From assembly GCA_030141605.1 (NCBI GenBank), contig JAQGDQ010000421.1, positions 62,001 through 126,000 on the forward strand: a stretch of DNA of 64,000 nt. Reading direction: 5' to 3'. The stretch's first letter is position 1, and the number at the start of each line of letters is the position of its first letter. Origin of the DNA: Tubiluchus corallicola (lineage: Eukaryota; Animalia; Priapulida). Positions 26,301 through 40,332 of the stretch are shown here, piece after piece. The notes under the pieces were generated by a model that saw nothing but the letters and a program-made list of their open reading frames with translations, made no database searches and was not told the origin of the DNA. A program made the translations under genes and the position numbers.

Positions 26301-29300
26301 ACATCAGGAAGACTTCCTGCCATTTGGCATGGTTCCAGGATTTCTGTACACCGTGCTTAAAATGACATTTAATTTTTCTGCAAGAACAGACTTGTTTTCT
26401 TTAAGCATTTTCAATGCAAGCATTTTTACTTCTACTGGACTACTTCTTTAGTGAATACTCTTAATGTTACAATCACCAACCTGAAATGCTGCAAACCACA
26501 TGAGCCAGTCCAGCCTGTAATGGTACGGAGATATGACGCAAGGTGTGCGTTTTAGATCACCCGGTTTGCATTTGAACTCGTAATCCAACCACTCAGCTTT
26601 TGGGTCCATTGGATCTGTTGCATAAGTTCCTTGGAAGATGATCTCTGTCCTCAGTTTTGTGATGCTGTAATACACAAACAGAACATTCATCAAACTGCAG
26701 CACTCCGCGAGTTTTATGGTATAATAAGGTACACTCAAACCTCATTATTTATACCCCCCCCCCCCGTTGTAGCGTCAGCCTCGCTATAACGCCAACTTTT
26801 GCCCTGTCCTGATTTCCATAATGTATTAAATACAGCGAATATCGCCAACCTCGCCTACATACATCCGCCAGCGTATCTGCTGTACCAAAAGTTCATTTTA
26901 CATAATAAATTTACCCCGTTATAATGGCAGCCAAGACAAAGTTACTTGTAAAAACAATATCATCTGAACCGAAAAACAAATATGGTGTGTGAATTAAGAT
27001 TTAGGTTTCATAGCAAGTGACTGTATGAAAGTGAATGTTTTGAGCAAGGAGCATGTATTTTAAGAGTACAAGAGTTGCATAGCTAAGGCTCAGTACCATT
27101 TATACTGAGGTGAATTTACAGGCTGCTAAAGCTCAAGGTCAAGTTATGTACGTAATTTTATTAGTTATCAAAGCTAATTTTATTGATTTAGATAAATTTC
27201 AACACATGTAGTAAACTTAGGCAAATTCTACCTACTGAATCAGTTACATTAGTACTGCAGAATTCATCAATTACCCCAAAACTTTCTTAACCTAAATAAA
27301 TTTCTATGTCTGTGATTGATTTAGAGTTTTTTAGACGTTTGATAGATACAGTGATTGATTTAGACAACTTTCAGAGAATAGTGCATAAAGAACCAGAAAA
27401 TAATGAGAAAAAAGAGACGAGAATACGAAATGAAGTGGCAGCAAAACAAGACAGCAGACCCATGGCATTCTTCTATAGTTTATGCTTTAATTTATGGAAA
27501 TATTAATGGAGATATCATTGAAATAACATATCCCTTGCAAGCAAATTTTAATAATCTAAATTTGAAGACATTCACCTAATACTAGTAAAGTCAAGCACAT
27601 GTTTTTGGATTTTGGATCCTGAACAAGGAGTTAATTGTTGACACTCAGAATTTGACAAAATGCAATTTATATTGTTTAAATATGTAGAGTTTGGAATCAA
27701 AATGAATGAGAATACCAATAAATGTTGCAGTTTGCATTCTCAACAGTAAATTTGCAATATTATCTAAGTCTATATCACTGTACATAGCTTATTAGCACTT
27801 ATGTAAGAACTAATTGAATATGATTGCGTTAATTTTCCTTTGTTGTAGTATGTAAAACCACACAAATTTCATTGTATTGTATATAACGACAATAAATTGC
27901 TTGCTTACTTACTGACTTATCCCACAATTTATCAACATCAATCAATCAATCGAAAGACACAAGAAAATTAAATCATCAACAAAATCCACCATATGACTTT
28001 GTCAAAACTGATACACTAGCTAAAATATCAATATTGAAATCAGTTCAAAAACAAACAACAAAAACCTAAGGCAAACTGGACAACTGAAAGACAACAATGT
28101 GAATGATGTGGAAATGACTGGAAATACCTGCCAAAGTTGCCATGAGTATTAACAATGCGCATCGGATCATATGACATATTCATGGACTGTCTCTTTGCCA
28201 AAAACATGTTGTTCACAACTGGGATACTCAACCAAACTATCAGCAACCCAATCATAATTTCAAATGTTCGTCTTATAAATTGCACTGCAAAAGATTGCCA
28301 GTGAAAGTGTTTAGCAAGAATTTGCAACAGAAAAGCTTTTAAAAAGTGTTTTTAAATTAGTATGCAATATTTAATTCGTACCTTTGCTACATTTGAGGAA
28401 ATAACGGTTCGTTGCTGATAGCTTGATATCACACAATATGGGTTGTTAAAAACAAAAAAATCTAATTTCGGTTTCGTAAGCAATTTAAATTTGCATACCT
28501 TCCAAAAGCACCATATGTATTAACAATTCTGAATGGATCGAATGATGTATTCATAGCTTGCCTGGTAGAAAATAAATTTCGTACAACGGGTATACTCAAC
28601 CAAGCTATCAAAGCAGCAACCGAAATTTCCACAATTCGTCGAAGAAATGCAGCTGTAAAGCACGTCACATATGGGTATATTAAATCTACACAAGCGAGAA
28701 TAAGATGATACATTGTTCAATGTAAGTAAATGGAAACCTACAGAAAGCAAGTATATGGCATGAATTTTGTTTTTAGCGAAAAATCAAAAATAAAAACTTC
28801 AGATGCAAAATCAAATGTAAGTAAAATTGAAGTAATACATTACGATTTCTGTGAATTGGACTTTGTTTTATTTAAGAAAAACAGGAACTAGACAAAAGCC
28901 AAGATTTCTAAAAATAACATATCCATTCCAATTAATAATAGTTAGCAGTATAATTCATAAATTCCTGCAGTTATGAAATACCTTTATTGCACGATATAGT
29001 TACCTTTAAACATTAAACTAAGCCTGAAACAGAAAAAGAATGACAAGAATCGTACTTTTCCTTATATTTTCTGAACGTTTGCTTTCCTGTTGGATCCTAA
29101 TCACTTCCTGTTTCGTAGATTTTGGAAAAAATCTGGCAAGAAAGGCATCATCAAAGCAAGAAATGCTTGGTATTATTGTAAGCCAATTCAAAAAACTTAG
29201 GTTTCCTGCTGATATTAGCACCACCTATAATGGTAATTTAGAAACACTACATTAAATGCTAACAAGTCCATTAGCACCACCTATAATGGTAATTTAGAAA

Positions 29301-32300
29301 CACTACATTAAATGCTAACAAGTCCATTAGCACCACCTATAATGGTAATATAGAAACACTACATTAAATGCTAACAAGTCCATTAGCACCACCTATAATG
29401 GTAATTTAGAGACACTACATTAAATGCTAACAAGTCCATTAGCACCACCTATAATGGTAATTTAGAAACACTACATTAAATGCTAACAAGTCCATTCTTG
29501 ACTAGCAGAAATGATTCAGGTGGAAAGAGATTAAAAGAACTTAAACAGTATGTTACGTAGTAGTAAAAGAAACATGAATTAAAAAATCTTTTTCGACATT
29601 TGAAATTCATGCGATCTGTAACTAACACTGATAGTTTGCTGCTTGTTTATGTTTACATGTGGCTCTTAACTGTACTGATAAATCTGTTAGGAATTTACAT
29701 GAAGGCTAAAATTATAAATACAATAAATACATGTAATACATGACTTGATAGCTTGACTACTTGACAGCTGGCTATGCAGGGCAAAGAAGTTTACAAATTA
29801 ATTAAAAAAACTATAAAGGTTTCAATCTATTTCACTTTATAAATCTAAGTAACACCTAGTGCAAAAGTACAAAGTGCTTCTATTTAGAATCAGTGGCATG
29901 ACAACTTCAATGATCGTACGTAAGGCACATACATATTTGCTATTTCTTCCACTAATTTGACTATTCAATCATAAAGTGTACAAGTTCTGACCTGTCAATC
30001 ATTACTTAACATAGTAAACCCGGTAAAAGTACCTGGAAGATTATTTGTAAGATCCCGTGCAATAAACACATGCGCCTACCAAGAAATACAAACCATGGTA
30101 CAATCAGTTCCACAAAGTGGTTGCTCAACACCTCAAACTTATGATAGGGAACAGGCAGCTGATGATAATAGTAGCTGAGTGGGTTTGGATTAGGCTGAGT
30201 CTGTATAAAAATGACAAAGTTCAAATAAAGAAATAATGCTATTGATAAGAGATATAATTACATAGAAAAGGGAAGTTCAAACTTCCTATTTATAGCTGAA
30301 AGTAAGACAGTGTTCTTACTTTATAAAGTCTGTCAAAAACTAATAATGTACAATTTAAGCTAATCTTTGTAAAATTCTAAAATATAATATATATATGATA
30401 ACTATGTTTGAGAGACAGAAAAATATATACATACACACACACACGCACGCACGCACGCACATACACACACACACATACATATTCGACACACAAACATCAG
30501 CTACTGCTATTATGCATATAGATCATTAACCCAAATGCCAAGCTGCAAATGGCCTATGGGTGCTCAAGAAGTAATTAATTGTTAGTAGCACCATTTAAAA
30601 ATTAACTCACTTCATAGAAGTAATTCATGCAGGTTAGATCCATCCAACATTTATCTCCACGTATTTTAATTAAACCCTAAAAGAAAATAATCTGTTATAT
30701 TAAATAATTTTAGAAAATACAATAACGACAACAACAATGTTCAGTTAACACACCTTAATATGCTCACAAAAAAGCATTTTTAATTCAGTTAACCAAGTGA
30801 ATCAATCAATCAACGTGCATAGACACACTTATTGTAAAAACGTGAATGAATAACTACTAAAGTTATTCACTGAACCAGCAGAGATGTCTTAGCTATAATC
30901 AGATGCAATATATATCCTCAATTTCAATTTATTTATTTCACATCAATGGCATATCATAGTAACATACATTTTACGTACATGTACATCATTGCATAATTTT
31001 ACTTCATGCTAACAGGTATAACGATTGCAATTAGTGAGACAGCATAGCGCAAATAGCATTTACGATTCATGATAATGCTACTGTGGCAGTTCAAGAAGCT
31101 AATAAAAGCTTGTAAGAATGGCTGTATGTGAAACAGAAACGAGGAAGGGAATCTATATGCAAAAGCATGTAAAAAAAGAATAAGCAAAAAATGTTATGGC
31201 TAGAAAGAGAACAGAAGGTAATGAGAATTATAGTTATGATAGCATAATGATAGTTATGATATTAGTATGATATATTAGTATATCATAGTATTAGTACGAC
31301 ATATTAGCATGATATAAATGATACTGTGATATATAGTTATGATAGTATTATGATAGCACCAAAGTGCAACCATGTGTAATAAGGAATTCAGTAAATGATA
31401 AAAAATAATTGCGAAGGTAAATAGGTAAATAATTAATTAGGTAAACAGACTGATGATATATCTACTCAACTGCACTTTTTGTTTAAAAAATTTACAAAAT
31501 TTAAAAGTAAAATGTTACAAGTGTTAAAAGGTTTATTACCGAAAATTTATGATAAAAAATTAAAACCTCATTAGCAAATACTAAGGTGTTAAGTAAAATG
31601 AAATGCAGCACATGGACAAAATTCGCTAAACTTAGTTAAATGACTGATTATCAAATATGTAATTGGGCGGCAACTTTTAACCAGTGAGTTCCTATTATTT
31701 AACTTCTAGTACAAATCTTAACAATCCCTAAAAGTGTTTTTCCACTTACCGCTCCCATCATAATTCTAAATATAAGCCATCTATAACCCCATATGACTAC
31801 CCAAGATGGTTGTGTGCCACGAGGCAATTGTCTCCAGCTCAGCACCGGGCAGAAAAATATAGCCAGAAAACCTGTTTCAACTAACTGAGATTCCCATCCT
31901 ACAAAATCAATAAGGATGCACACTGGTTTCAATCTAAAAATATGCAAGCTCATCTTAGTCACATTAAGTGGAATAAAAGTAATACTCCACATATACTCTA
32001 CAAAGGATCATGCATTGCGCGTATGTGGAGTACTACTTTTATTGCATGATCCGCGATGAATTGCGCGCAAAGTTTTGTATTAAAATATGTGGAAGTTGCT
32101 TGATGTGAACGTAAAGTGCAACCCCTAATGTGCGACGCATGATCCGTATTCGTCGAACGTGATCCCTAGCATCCGAATACGCGTCACGCAGCAATAAGTA
32201 GAAGGGAAACCCCCATTGTCTAAGTGATTTACAAAGTTTTCAAGTTTCCTGTGACAAGTTTTCACTGATTGGCTTGCACAAGCTTTTGGTCAGATGAATT

Positions 32301-35300
32301 TTGGTCACTACATGACTCACACGTAGTAACATAATCCATTTTGAGTTTTTGAGAGGTAGAAGCAGGGTATAATTTTGTTGTTCTGCATCTATAGTTGCAG
32401 TTCCTTCACTAAGTGGTGATACGTGCCATATTGCTCTCTCTTCTGTAAAATGTCATGCACCAAAAACCTTTGTTTTTTTTAATTTTTCCATCTAATAGTA
32501 TGATGACAAGCTAATACTACTTTCTTGTTCATTGTCAAGCTGAAATTCAACATAGATGTAGCTTTCAAAAATTATTATTTCCAATTTTCAGGAACGGCAG
32601 CCAAAAATGGCAGGAGGAGTGCCATGAGCTCTGTCAATATACAAGGCATTCATAATATACATAGCATAGATGTATGTAAACAATCAACACATATTACGGG
32701 TCACGGATCACACATTATGCGCACATGGAGTCCTACCTAATCAGGAAAGGAAAGGAATAAAAATACGCTTCAAAAAGCAAATTAATAAATGAGCAATTAA
32801 TTTAAATACATTTTCATGAGTTTAAATAAGTTTTGATAAGAAAGCTGCCTCTCAGGCCATAATATCTTTGTCAAAAATGCTTTCGCCATTTTAAAGCTAA
32901 ACTCTTATCTATCCGAAGTAAAAAACTTTGACGATAGCAACAGTATGAAAATTATCAGTGTCGGCTCATAGCTAAAGTTAATGGGGATGCTGCTTCAGAA
33001 TATTTTAAGCCATTCTTTTAATATTGTGTAAGATGAGAGAAACACATAAAAAAGAATTATACATAAATTTGATAAAATTCTAAAAAAATGTCTTTAATTA
33101 CTGACAGCCTAAATTGTTACAGTTCAAGTTAAACTTGTCTAATTAATTAATTTAAGCTTTAATTGATCCATCCATTTAAAAACAAAATCCATTCTCCCTG
33201 TTTTACTTTGTGCAAAAAGATTAACATTTTCTCCTTGATCGACACTGCATGAGTGACAATGCTCAACAATGCTCATCTTATCTCAAACATGGCTGCATGC
33301 GCACAACAGCCAAACACTACATTGTTGGAACTGTGAAGTGCACAGCTCCGTCACGTTCTCTCGTCCTGTACAAATATAAACAAAGAACTAAAGAAAACAG
33401 ACTCATTAAATTGAATATTATCAATAATATGGAGTGAAAAGAGAAGGTGCTGCAGCTGCACAGTGCCTGTACATGAGCCGCCACTGAAAATTACTAACCT
33501 TTTGATCACATAACGTCTTGATATGCAAATTTTATACATAGAACACAGTGCAATCACATTTAATTTACTTACCAAAACCATACCTGTAACAAAAAAACAT
33601 GAAAGTGGTAAAAGAATATCTATAATTATGGGTAAAATCCCTATCTAATTATTATATACATGTGTAAGAATACTAACTAATATTACTGTTATTGATTTTC
33701 AAAAATTTAGCAAATGCAAAATTCTCAATTGTCTATATTATAAAAAAACATTAACAATCAAAAATGATTGGTAAATGTAGTCACATGAAGTACTTCTAAT
33801 TTATAAAATAAAGTGCGTAATTTAAGCAATCTAGAAAGATAGAATGTCCACAGTCAAAAACACTTAATATAAAGCTTTAAGTATTAAAATGTCACTGGCT
33901 TCCAAAGTATGTGTTCTGAAATAATTCCTCATAAGCAATTAATTGCATTTAAAGCACAATATGGAAAATGTTCGCTTCAAAAAGTTTTTTTAATTAATTT
34001 AAATGATAATTTACTTTTACTTATTCTCGTATTCTCTGCAAATGTTTCCTGGATTACTAAGTACACTGTTTGTTTTATATTCACTGAATATAATCTTTGT
34101 ACCTTTCAAATTGAGGTATAAAATGCCAACATAAGCACAACTATTGCTCAGCAAAGAAGAATGAATCTTACACGTGTGGCAAGTAAAAGAAAGTGGCAAA
34201 ATCACTTTTAATAAGTTCATTTTAATAACTTATTAATTTTAATAACTTACTAGCTTTAATAACTAGGACATTTTAGCATATAGAATGACACTTAATCTGG
34301 AAACATTTGTTTATTTAAAACTAAGAATTCAAATGACATATAGAAATATACAACCTAAAAATTAAATAACTGACACACTGGCTGGCTTCCAACAAATTAT
34401 ATTAAAAAGCTCGAATGTATGTAGTATCCCACAGTAGACATTTCGAATATTTTTGGAAAATATATATTGGGTGAATATGATTATTATAATTTTATATTAC
34501 ATGCATTCAGTCTCATATAATACATTTTCACTTTATATTATATGCTGTAGAAAAATTTTTGTCAAACATACCATCTCACGTAATGTAATTAAAAAAACAT
34601 TTCAAAATTATTTAATACCTACCATCTTTGACCCACATTTATTATTGAATGATACAGAAGCCACAGCAATGTCATAGCAATCATGTTTGCTGCACCTGTT
34701 ACTACAACCAGAATAGATACGCCAAGACCTAAAAACAAACAAAGAAATAAAACTCATCAATAATATGCTCTTCATAACATTAAAAAAATTATTGTTATTT
34801 ACATCTGTTAACTGAAATCACTCTCATTTGTTACTTTAGGGCTGTTTAGGTACTAACAATTTTAATTTTTAAGATACCACATGTTTAGCACGAGGGTTGA
34901 GTGCTTCTTTAGCAGATCTAGTGGTTTGCCTGCACAGCAACAACTCCCATAGGGAGTGATTTGTGCAGTAATCGATTCAAGATTTTTTGGAAGATGATGA
35001 AAGCAGTTTGTTGAAAAACACAGTTGTTTACAGAACGAAATGTTCATGGTCTTTCGCAAAATTATTTCAACAACAGCATCAGTATTTGTTGATGATTAGA
35101 ACATTACCTGTTATAGCGATGTAGTTCAAGTAATCATCAAGATAATCCTCCCAGTTGACAAACCATAGCAGCGTCGGTGCATTCAAAAATAGCTGCAGAA
35201 GACCACCTTTTGTGTGTTCCCTCACTTTCTGCATATGAACATTTGCTGGCAAGAGCCCATTTTTTCCAATTAAAGCCTTGTTTTGATGATATGCGCAAAG

Positions 35301-36553
35301 AAATGCAACAGCTGAAAAGAATGAAGAACCAGAATATCAATCTCCTGGGAGAATAAAAACATTAATAGCTGTCAGTAAATTGTAAAGTTATTATACCTAT
35401 TATAATTATATAGTAATTGTACAACATTACACAAATGGGATATCATCTGGAAAAAACGTGCAATAATTATGAACTAGCGAAACCAGAATGAGATTAGTTA
35501 CAGGCCAAAGGCAAAAACTAAATCAAACACGATTTTTTAATGCTAGCAAAGTTATGGGTATAAGATCATATAACTGCAGTTCGTTTCAGCATTAATTAAC
35601 GATCTGATTTGATAGATAAATGCTTATTTTTAAATAGTTATTAGCCTATTCAAATTAGTATAAATCACATTACAGAAATCATAAACCAAAACGAAAAGGC
35701 TGGCTCATAGAAGTCTACAATAATATTGCAAAAAGTTAACAGAGGGTGTTTTCAATTTAGGTAGTACTACTGGATTTAAGCACAAATTGTACGGTAAGAG
35801 GCTAATTACTTTTACAAATCTTTTAGTTAGAATCTTGAAAGCTACAATTTCGGTGCGTGCGTAATAACTGATCATCATCTAAACTGCAAATTAACAGGAA
35901 CTTAATTACTGTGGAATGTTATTCACACACTTGTACACTTTTTTTGCAAACATGCAACATTTCTGCAAACTATATTACATTATCGCTATTTGTCCAACAT
36001 CACATTCACTTTGCATTAATTTAAAGCATAGATAGTTGACTTATTGTATAAGCCTCATTTGCTGAATAAGCCTAACTTATTGAATGCCGAAGCTGTTTTA
36101 GGGAACGTAATTTCCAGTGTATCTCGACTCTCATTCACATACCTACATACATCTAATTCACATACCTAGTACAATACATACACTGACGAGGCCTAACCGC
36201 CTAAGTCTAATGCAAAAATCCGCAAAATGTTGCATCGCATGTTCATATTTACATCAACTAGCGTGATTATACATATCGTAATAATAACACTTACCGTAAA
36301 CAAAGGCTAATGACCGCAATAATGCTATGCGCGTTAACCAAAATGTGCCACGTTCGACTTTATCTGTGACATGCTCATTCACAGTTTCTCTTTTACTAGG
36401 TCCAGCGTTTTCAGTTTTGCTTTTATTTTCTTCTTCATCTTTAGTCTCTAGATTCTTTACTTTGCGGTGACGAAGATGAGATGAGGCATCACCTGCATCT
36501 TGATTCTTTTCTTCTGATTCCTCACCACGCACATTTTCCTTGGAAGTTGCCAT
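23376..36553 (-). CDS. LMF1: Lipase maturation factor 1, 13 coding exons per isoform, about 602-603 aa
   Basis: Exons in transcript order: 36553-36295, 35311-35108, 34728-34623, 33583-33573, 31898-31750, 30676-30611, 30200-30033, 29224-29056, [28652-28499 or 28284-28128], 26664-26481, 25978-25866, 25424-25341, 23517-23376. All introns are GT-AG, phases join, total 1809 or 1812 nt. Motifs: GTFWLTRIALLR, QNKALIGKNGLLP, VGQRWYGFGWESQLVETGFL, RWLIFRIMMGAGLIKIRGDKCW, ETQPNPNP, GNLSFLNWLT, IVNTYGAFGSITK, YEFKCKPGD, PYHYRLDWLMWFAAFQ. Confidence 0.97.
23790..24190 (+). mobile_element. CR1/L2-type LINE 3' remnant
   Basis: Encodes KYTAIKIWSSIPREMRTLSLHQFKKK (typical ORF2 C-terminus), followed by a 3' hairpin ggaggagg...cctcctcc. 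Confidence 0.55.
28128..28284 (-). CDS. LMF1: LMF1 alternative exon 9b (diverged duplicate)
   Basis: Acceptor tcttttgcag, donor AG/gtattt, 157 nt, phase 1 in and phase 2 out. Encodes QFIRRTFEIMIGLLIVWLSIPVVNNMFLAKRQSMNMSYDPMRIVNTHGNFG. Confidence 0.85.
28499..28652 (-). CDS. LMF1: LMF1 alternative exon 9a (canonical copy)
   Basis: Acceptor gctttacag, donor AG/gtatgc, 154 nt, phase 1 in and phase 2 out. Encodes AFLRRIVEISVAALIAWLSIPVVRNLFSTRQAMNTSFDPFRIVNTYGAFG. Confidence 0.92.
29214..29493. repeat. 56-bp tandem repeat, 5 copies, each containing the LMF1 exon-8 acceptor and the first 11 nt of the exon
   Basis: Unit attagcaccacctataatggtaatttagaaacactacattaaatgctaacaagtcc starts at 29214, 29270, 29326, 29382 and 29438. 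Only two substitutions in total. Confidence 0.97.
33573..33583 (-). CDS. LMF1: LMF1 11-nt microexon
   Basis: tttttttgttacag|GTATGGTTTTG|gtaagt. It bridges a phase-2 donor (R-W) to a phase-1 acceptor (G-W-E-S-Q) and restores the conserved WYGFGWE. Confidence 0.92.
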
Positions 36554-39500
36554 GTTGCGAATTAAGGTTTCTTCTTCATTTGGGATGTACTTCCACTCCG
36601 AGTTCAGCTAACACTCACCAACCGTACAACTCGGCAGAATGATTACGGTTAGGAACCGTATAAGTAAATACGGCTGAGTCTACATCTGATGTCAGGGCTT
36701 GAGATACTAAGCATAACCATTCATGCACATCTAAACAATATAATTAATTATTATAATTCATCTTAATTATTGATAAAATACTGATAACAATAAATTTCTT
36801 TTGAATTTTCATGGCCTGTATCAATGAACTGATACTGATCCATATTACCATTATTTCGGACCTGCTATAGTACTGTATCCTTTCTAAATAAAGCAACCTT
36901 GCTGAGAATTTTCATTTTTGGTGGTCATAAAGTGAGCTTGATAACACCAGCTCTAAGTATTTTTGTTATCAATAATTCAAGATATTTAATTGTTTCGACT
37001 ATGATTATGATCATTGTTGTCATCATTGTCATTGCCTTCGTCATTGTTGTTATCATTATTATATCATTGCTGTTAGCTATATAATTGCTATCGTTGCCAA
37101 TGTACATTTTGGCTGTCATTTTGTTTTGTATGTTAATGTTTTCACCATTGTTGTTGTTGCCATTATCATCATTGTTACTAGTCTGATTGTGGCAATAACA
37201 ATAATATTTATGGTAAGCTTTCATAGATGGCCGCAGTTAACTTCAAGCAGAACGTCAATCAAGCTCACTCAAGTTCTCCTGATTGCTGAATCAGCGTACA
37301 TGATTTTCTACATAACTTAGAAAGGTGCGAATTATATTGCTGGGTATTTTATGCTACGTATCTCCTAAGTCCGCACAGATGCATTCAGTAGCAGATTTCT
37401 TTTTCATTCAGAATTTTCCCGTTGCAAAAACTGTATCCACTAAACACTTATGCAACGCAAAAACCGTCAAAACAAAAGCAATATGTGGCAGCAATTGTGA
37501 AGGTAGCTTTCATTTCTTAACCTAAAAAATGTGCAGTGGACTCTTAAGAAAAGGTATCAGTAAAGCAAAGGGAAACAGCTAATAGATTAAGATTATCATT
37601 TATTTCCACAATTTATATAGAACGAAAAGAAATGTAGTAATTAATTATTGCGAATGATATCAGTTTTCTTCCAGTTCAACTGAATTTACATCTTACGATT
37701 TATGAAAAGTAATTAATTTAATTAAAGGAATGCTCAAATGTTGCAATGTAGTATTTAGAATTACCTTAATTTGTCTTAAACTATTTCATTTTAAATCTCA
37801 GCAGGCTTATCATTAAAAGTGAGCATTAAGGTTAAATTGCTATTGTTTAAATTTTAAAAACTTTTGTTTTATTTTTTCGTGTGCATGTTGAGCATGTATT
37901 GATAGGAGTTCCTTTAAATGTTTCACCGAGCTGTCTTATTTAATTCAAGTGCCGTAAAAACATTATATATCAGTGTAATACTAATATCTTGAAATAGTCA
38001 ATTTTAGGCTATTTTTCTGGTTATTATCTTGGTTAAAAGATGTCAGCGGACCATCTATTGCTTTTCAGCCGATATACACGTACACACATGCACACACATA
38101 TCATTATATATATATATAATATTAAACTTTCCTAGGAAGCAATTTTCCTAGTGCCATAATGGACGAATATTTCTTACTACTAACTCTTTCATCACATGTT
38201 CCTCACGCCAACCATTCCCTGTAACGTGGCAAAATTTCCTGGAAGCAAGAATTTCTGGTACCTAAATATCGTAGTACCAAATTTTCCCAGTACGAAACTT
38301 TTCTCTCACCTATTTTGCTTGTACCAAACTTTCCTACATTCACAGCAGCAGCAGCTATCGTCTATCCAACAAAGTGATGCACTACTAAACCTAAGCACAG
38401 TACCTAGTACAATTCGTCGATAGTCAGTACTAGTGACACACCGCGAAAGGCGCAAGAACCATGCTCTAGTTTCTCTCCGTAAAAATTTGTATAACAAAGG
38501 TTTCCTGTGTACTGTGTACAATTGGCGCACGTGATGATCGTGAACGGTGATTTTTGGAAATTTAGTCAATTTACTATGAACATTAATTTTAAATTTTAGA
38601 ATTCCAAGTTGAGTTGAAAAGTGAGTTTTTTAGGAAGCAAACAGCAATCACAAATTTTAAATAAAACATTAATGGACGAGAATGAGGGAGTAGGCTAAGT
38701 TATGAAGATATCATGGCAGATGCAGATTCTGTATTTTTAGGTCTAGGTCTACTCAACATAGGTGTTAAATGATTCATTTCCCATTTATTTTGCAGAATAG
38801 CAGCAAAAATAGCAATCCACGTAAGATGACATAATTGAAGCAAAAATTAAACCCAAGAACTGTTGCTAATAGTAATAGTGACTATAACAGCATGGGCCGG
38901 CGCTATTACACTTTCGCACATCCTAGTTTTTTCTGGCCTATTGTTTGTTTTCACGCCTGCAGGCCAGAAAGCAGACCAACAGGCGTAATATACACCATAT
39001 TCCCATAATATTATTGGTTTTTAGGCCTTACAATTCCAGATTAAAATCATACATTACTTATCGTCACCAACATGCAAGAAACTCCACACGAATAACTGTG
39101 TTTACACCACTAATGCGCAATCGCTCTCGCGCAGTGATGTTGTGGCCCTTAACATGTATTTTCAGTTTCTTTGCATAATTTATGATTATTAGGGTTACAG
39201 CCACGGGAGTTTGTATCGTATCGCGGGTGGGCCTGGAACGGAACACCCACGATAAGTGAGGGATGTATGTATGTATGTACGTACGCGTGCGCGTGTGTGT
39301 GTATGTATGTATGTACGGACGTTGTCATTACATTGAGCTTTGTAAATATGCTTCCCACTACATTCCCCCCGTACTCATAGATCAAAATTGTATAAGCTAC
39401 TATAAGTTGTACATGCATAGTGATGATGGCATCAGAATAATGGTAGTGATGACGATAACGATAAAAATAGCACTGCAATAATGGTGGTGATAATGAGTAT

Positions 39501-39809
39501 ATAAACCTAAAATGCCATTATAATCCTGTGCCAGTCATTGTCTTTTCTTCAAAGACTTCCCGAATTTTTTTCTCTGTCAGACCCAGTGTATAGTCAGACC
39601 CAAGCTGGCATATACACGGAAATTATTTTAGACACTACAGTTATCTATCATTAATTTTATTTATTACTGTAGTATTATTAGATTATAAAAGTAAACATTC
39701 TTTTTTATTTCGTAAATGCTTTTAAGCTAAAACTGTGTCACGTGCCTTTTAAGCTAGGCCCTGATAATGCATAAACTAGTACGAAATTCGTCATGTGACT
39801 ACACACAAA

Positions 39810-39819
39810 CAAGATGGCG
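39810..39819 (+). promoter_or_regulatory. YY1-like motif CAAGATGGCG near the putative start of the TMEM201-like gene
   Basis: Matches the YY1 consensus, with a possible donor aac|gtaatt at 39840. Position is consistent with a non-coding first exon (inference). Confidence 0.3.
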
Positions 39820-40332
39820 ATACGAACTGTGAATACAACGTAATTATTGGTAATTATACACTAAATATATGAGTAAATTGCCACGAGATTAGTGGAAACA
39901 TTCACTGATGACGTGAGAATAATAGAATAATGACCTACGAGCCTAGAAACGAGTAATAACCTACAAAAAAACTAGGAGGTGCAAAAGTGTAATGGGCCTC
40001 CAAGTGTTGTCAAGTGTGAACAAATGCACTTGTTTGATTCAGATAACGTTGCCAGGTTCACGTTCCTTTGACCTTTTCACGATCACATCAGTCACTGAAA
40101 ATGTGAAAAAGGCTTATTGCAGATGATTATGTCACATGTCATGCTTGATGTGCTGCACAGTAATTCAAGGTTGCTTTATATTTTCCTTGAATTACTCTAA
40201 TATATAATAGCCTAATTTTAGTGACAAGATTGTGACAGTCTATTGACGTTTTTACCGCATAATATCAGACTTCTGTACAACTACATAATTAGATGTAGAT
40301 AGATACAACTACATTATAAATACATTTCAGAT

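Noticed and set aside
36899-37320. Hydrophobic Ile/Val-rich ORFs resembling membrane proteins or the missing TMEM201 N-terminus
   Set aside because: Degenerate trinucleotide low-complexity DNA, with no CxxC motifs and no consistent splice phases.
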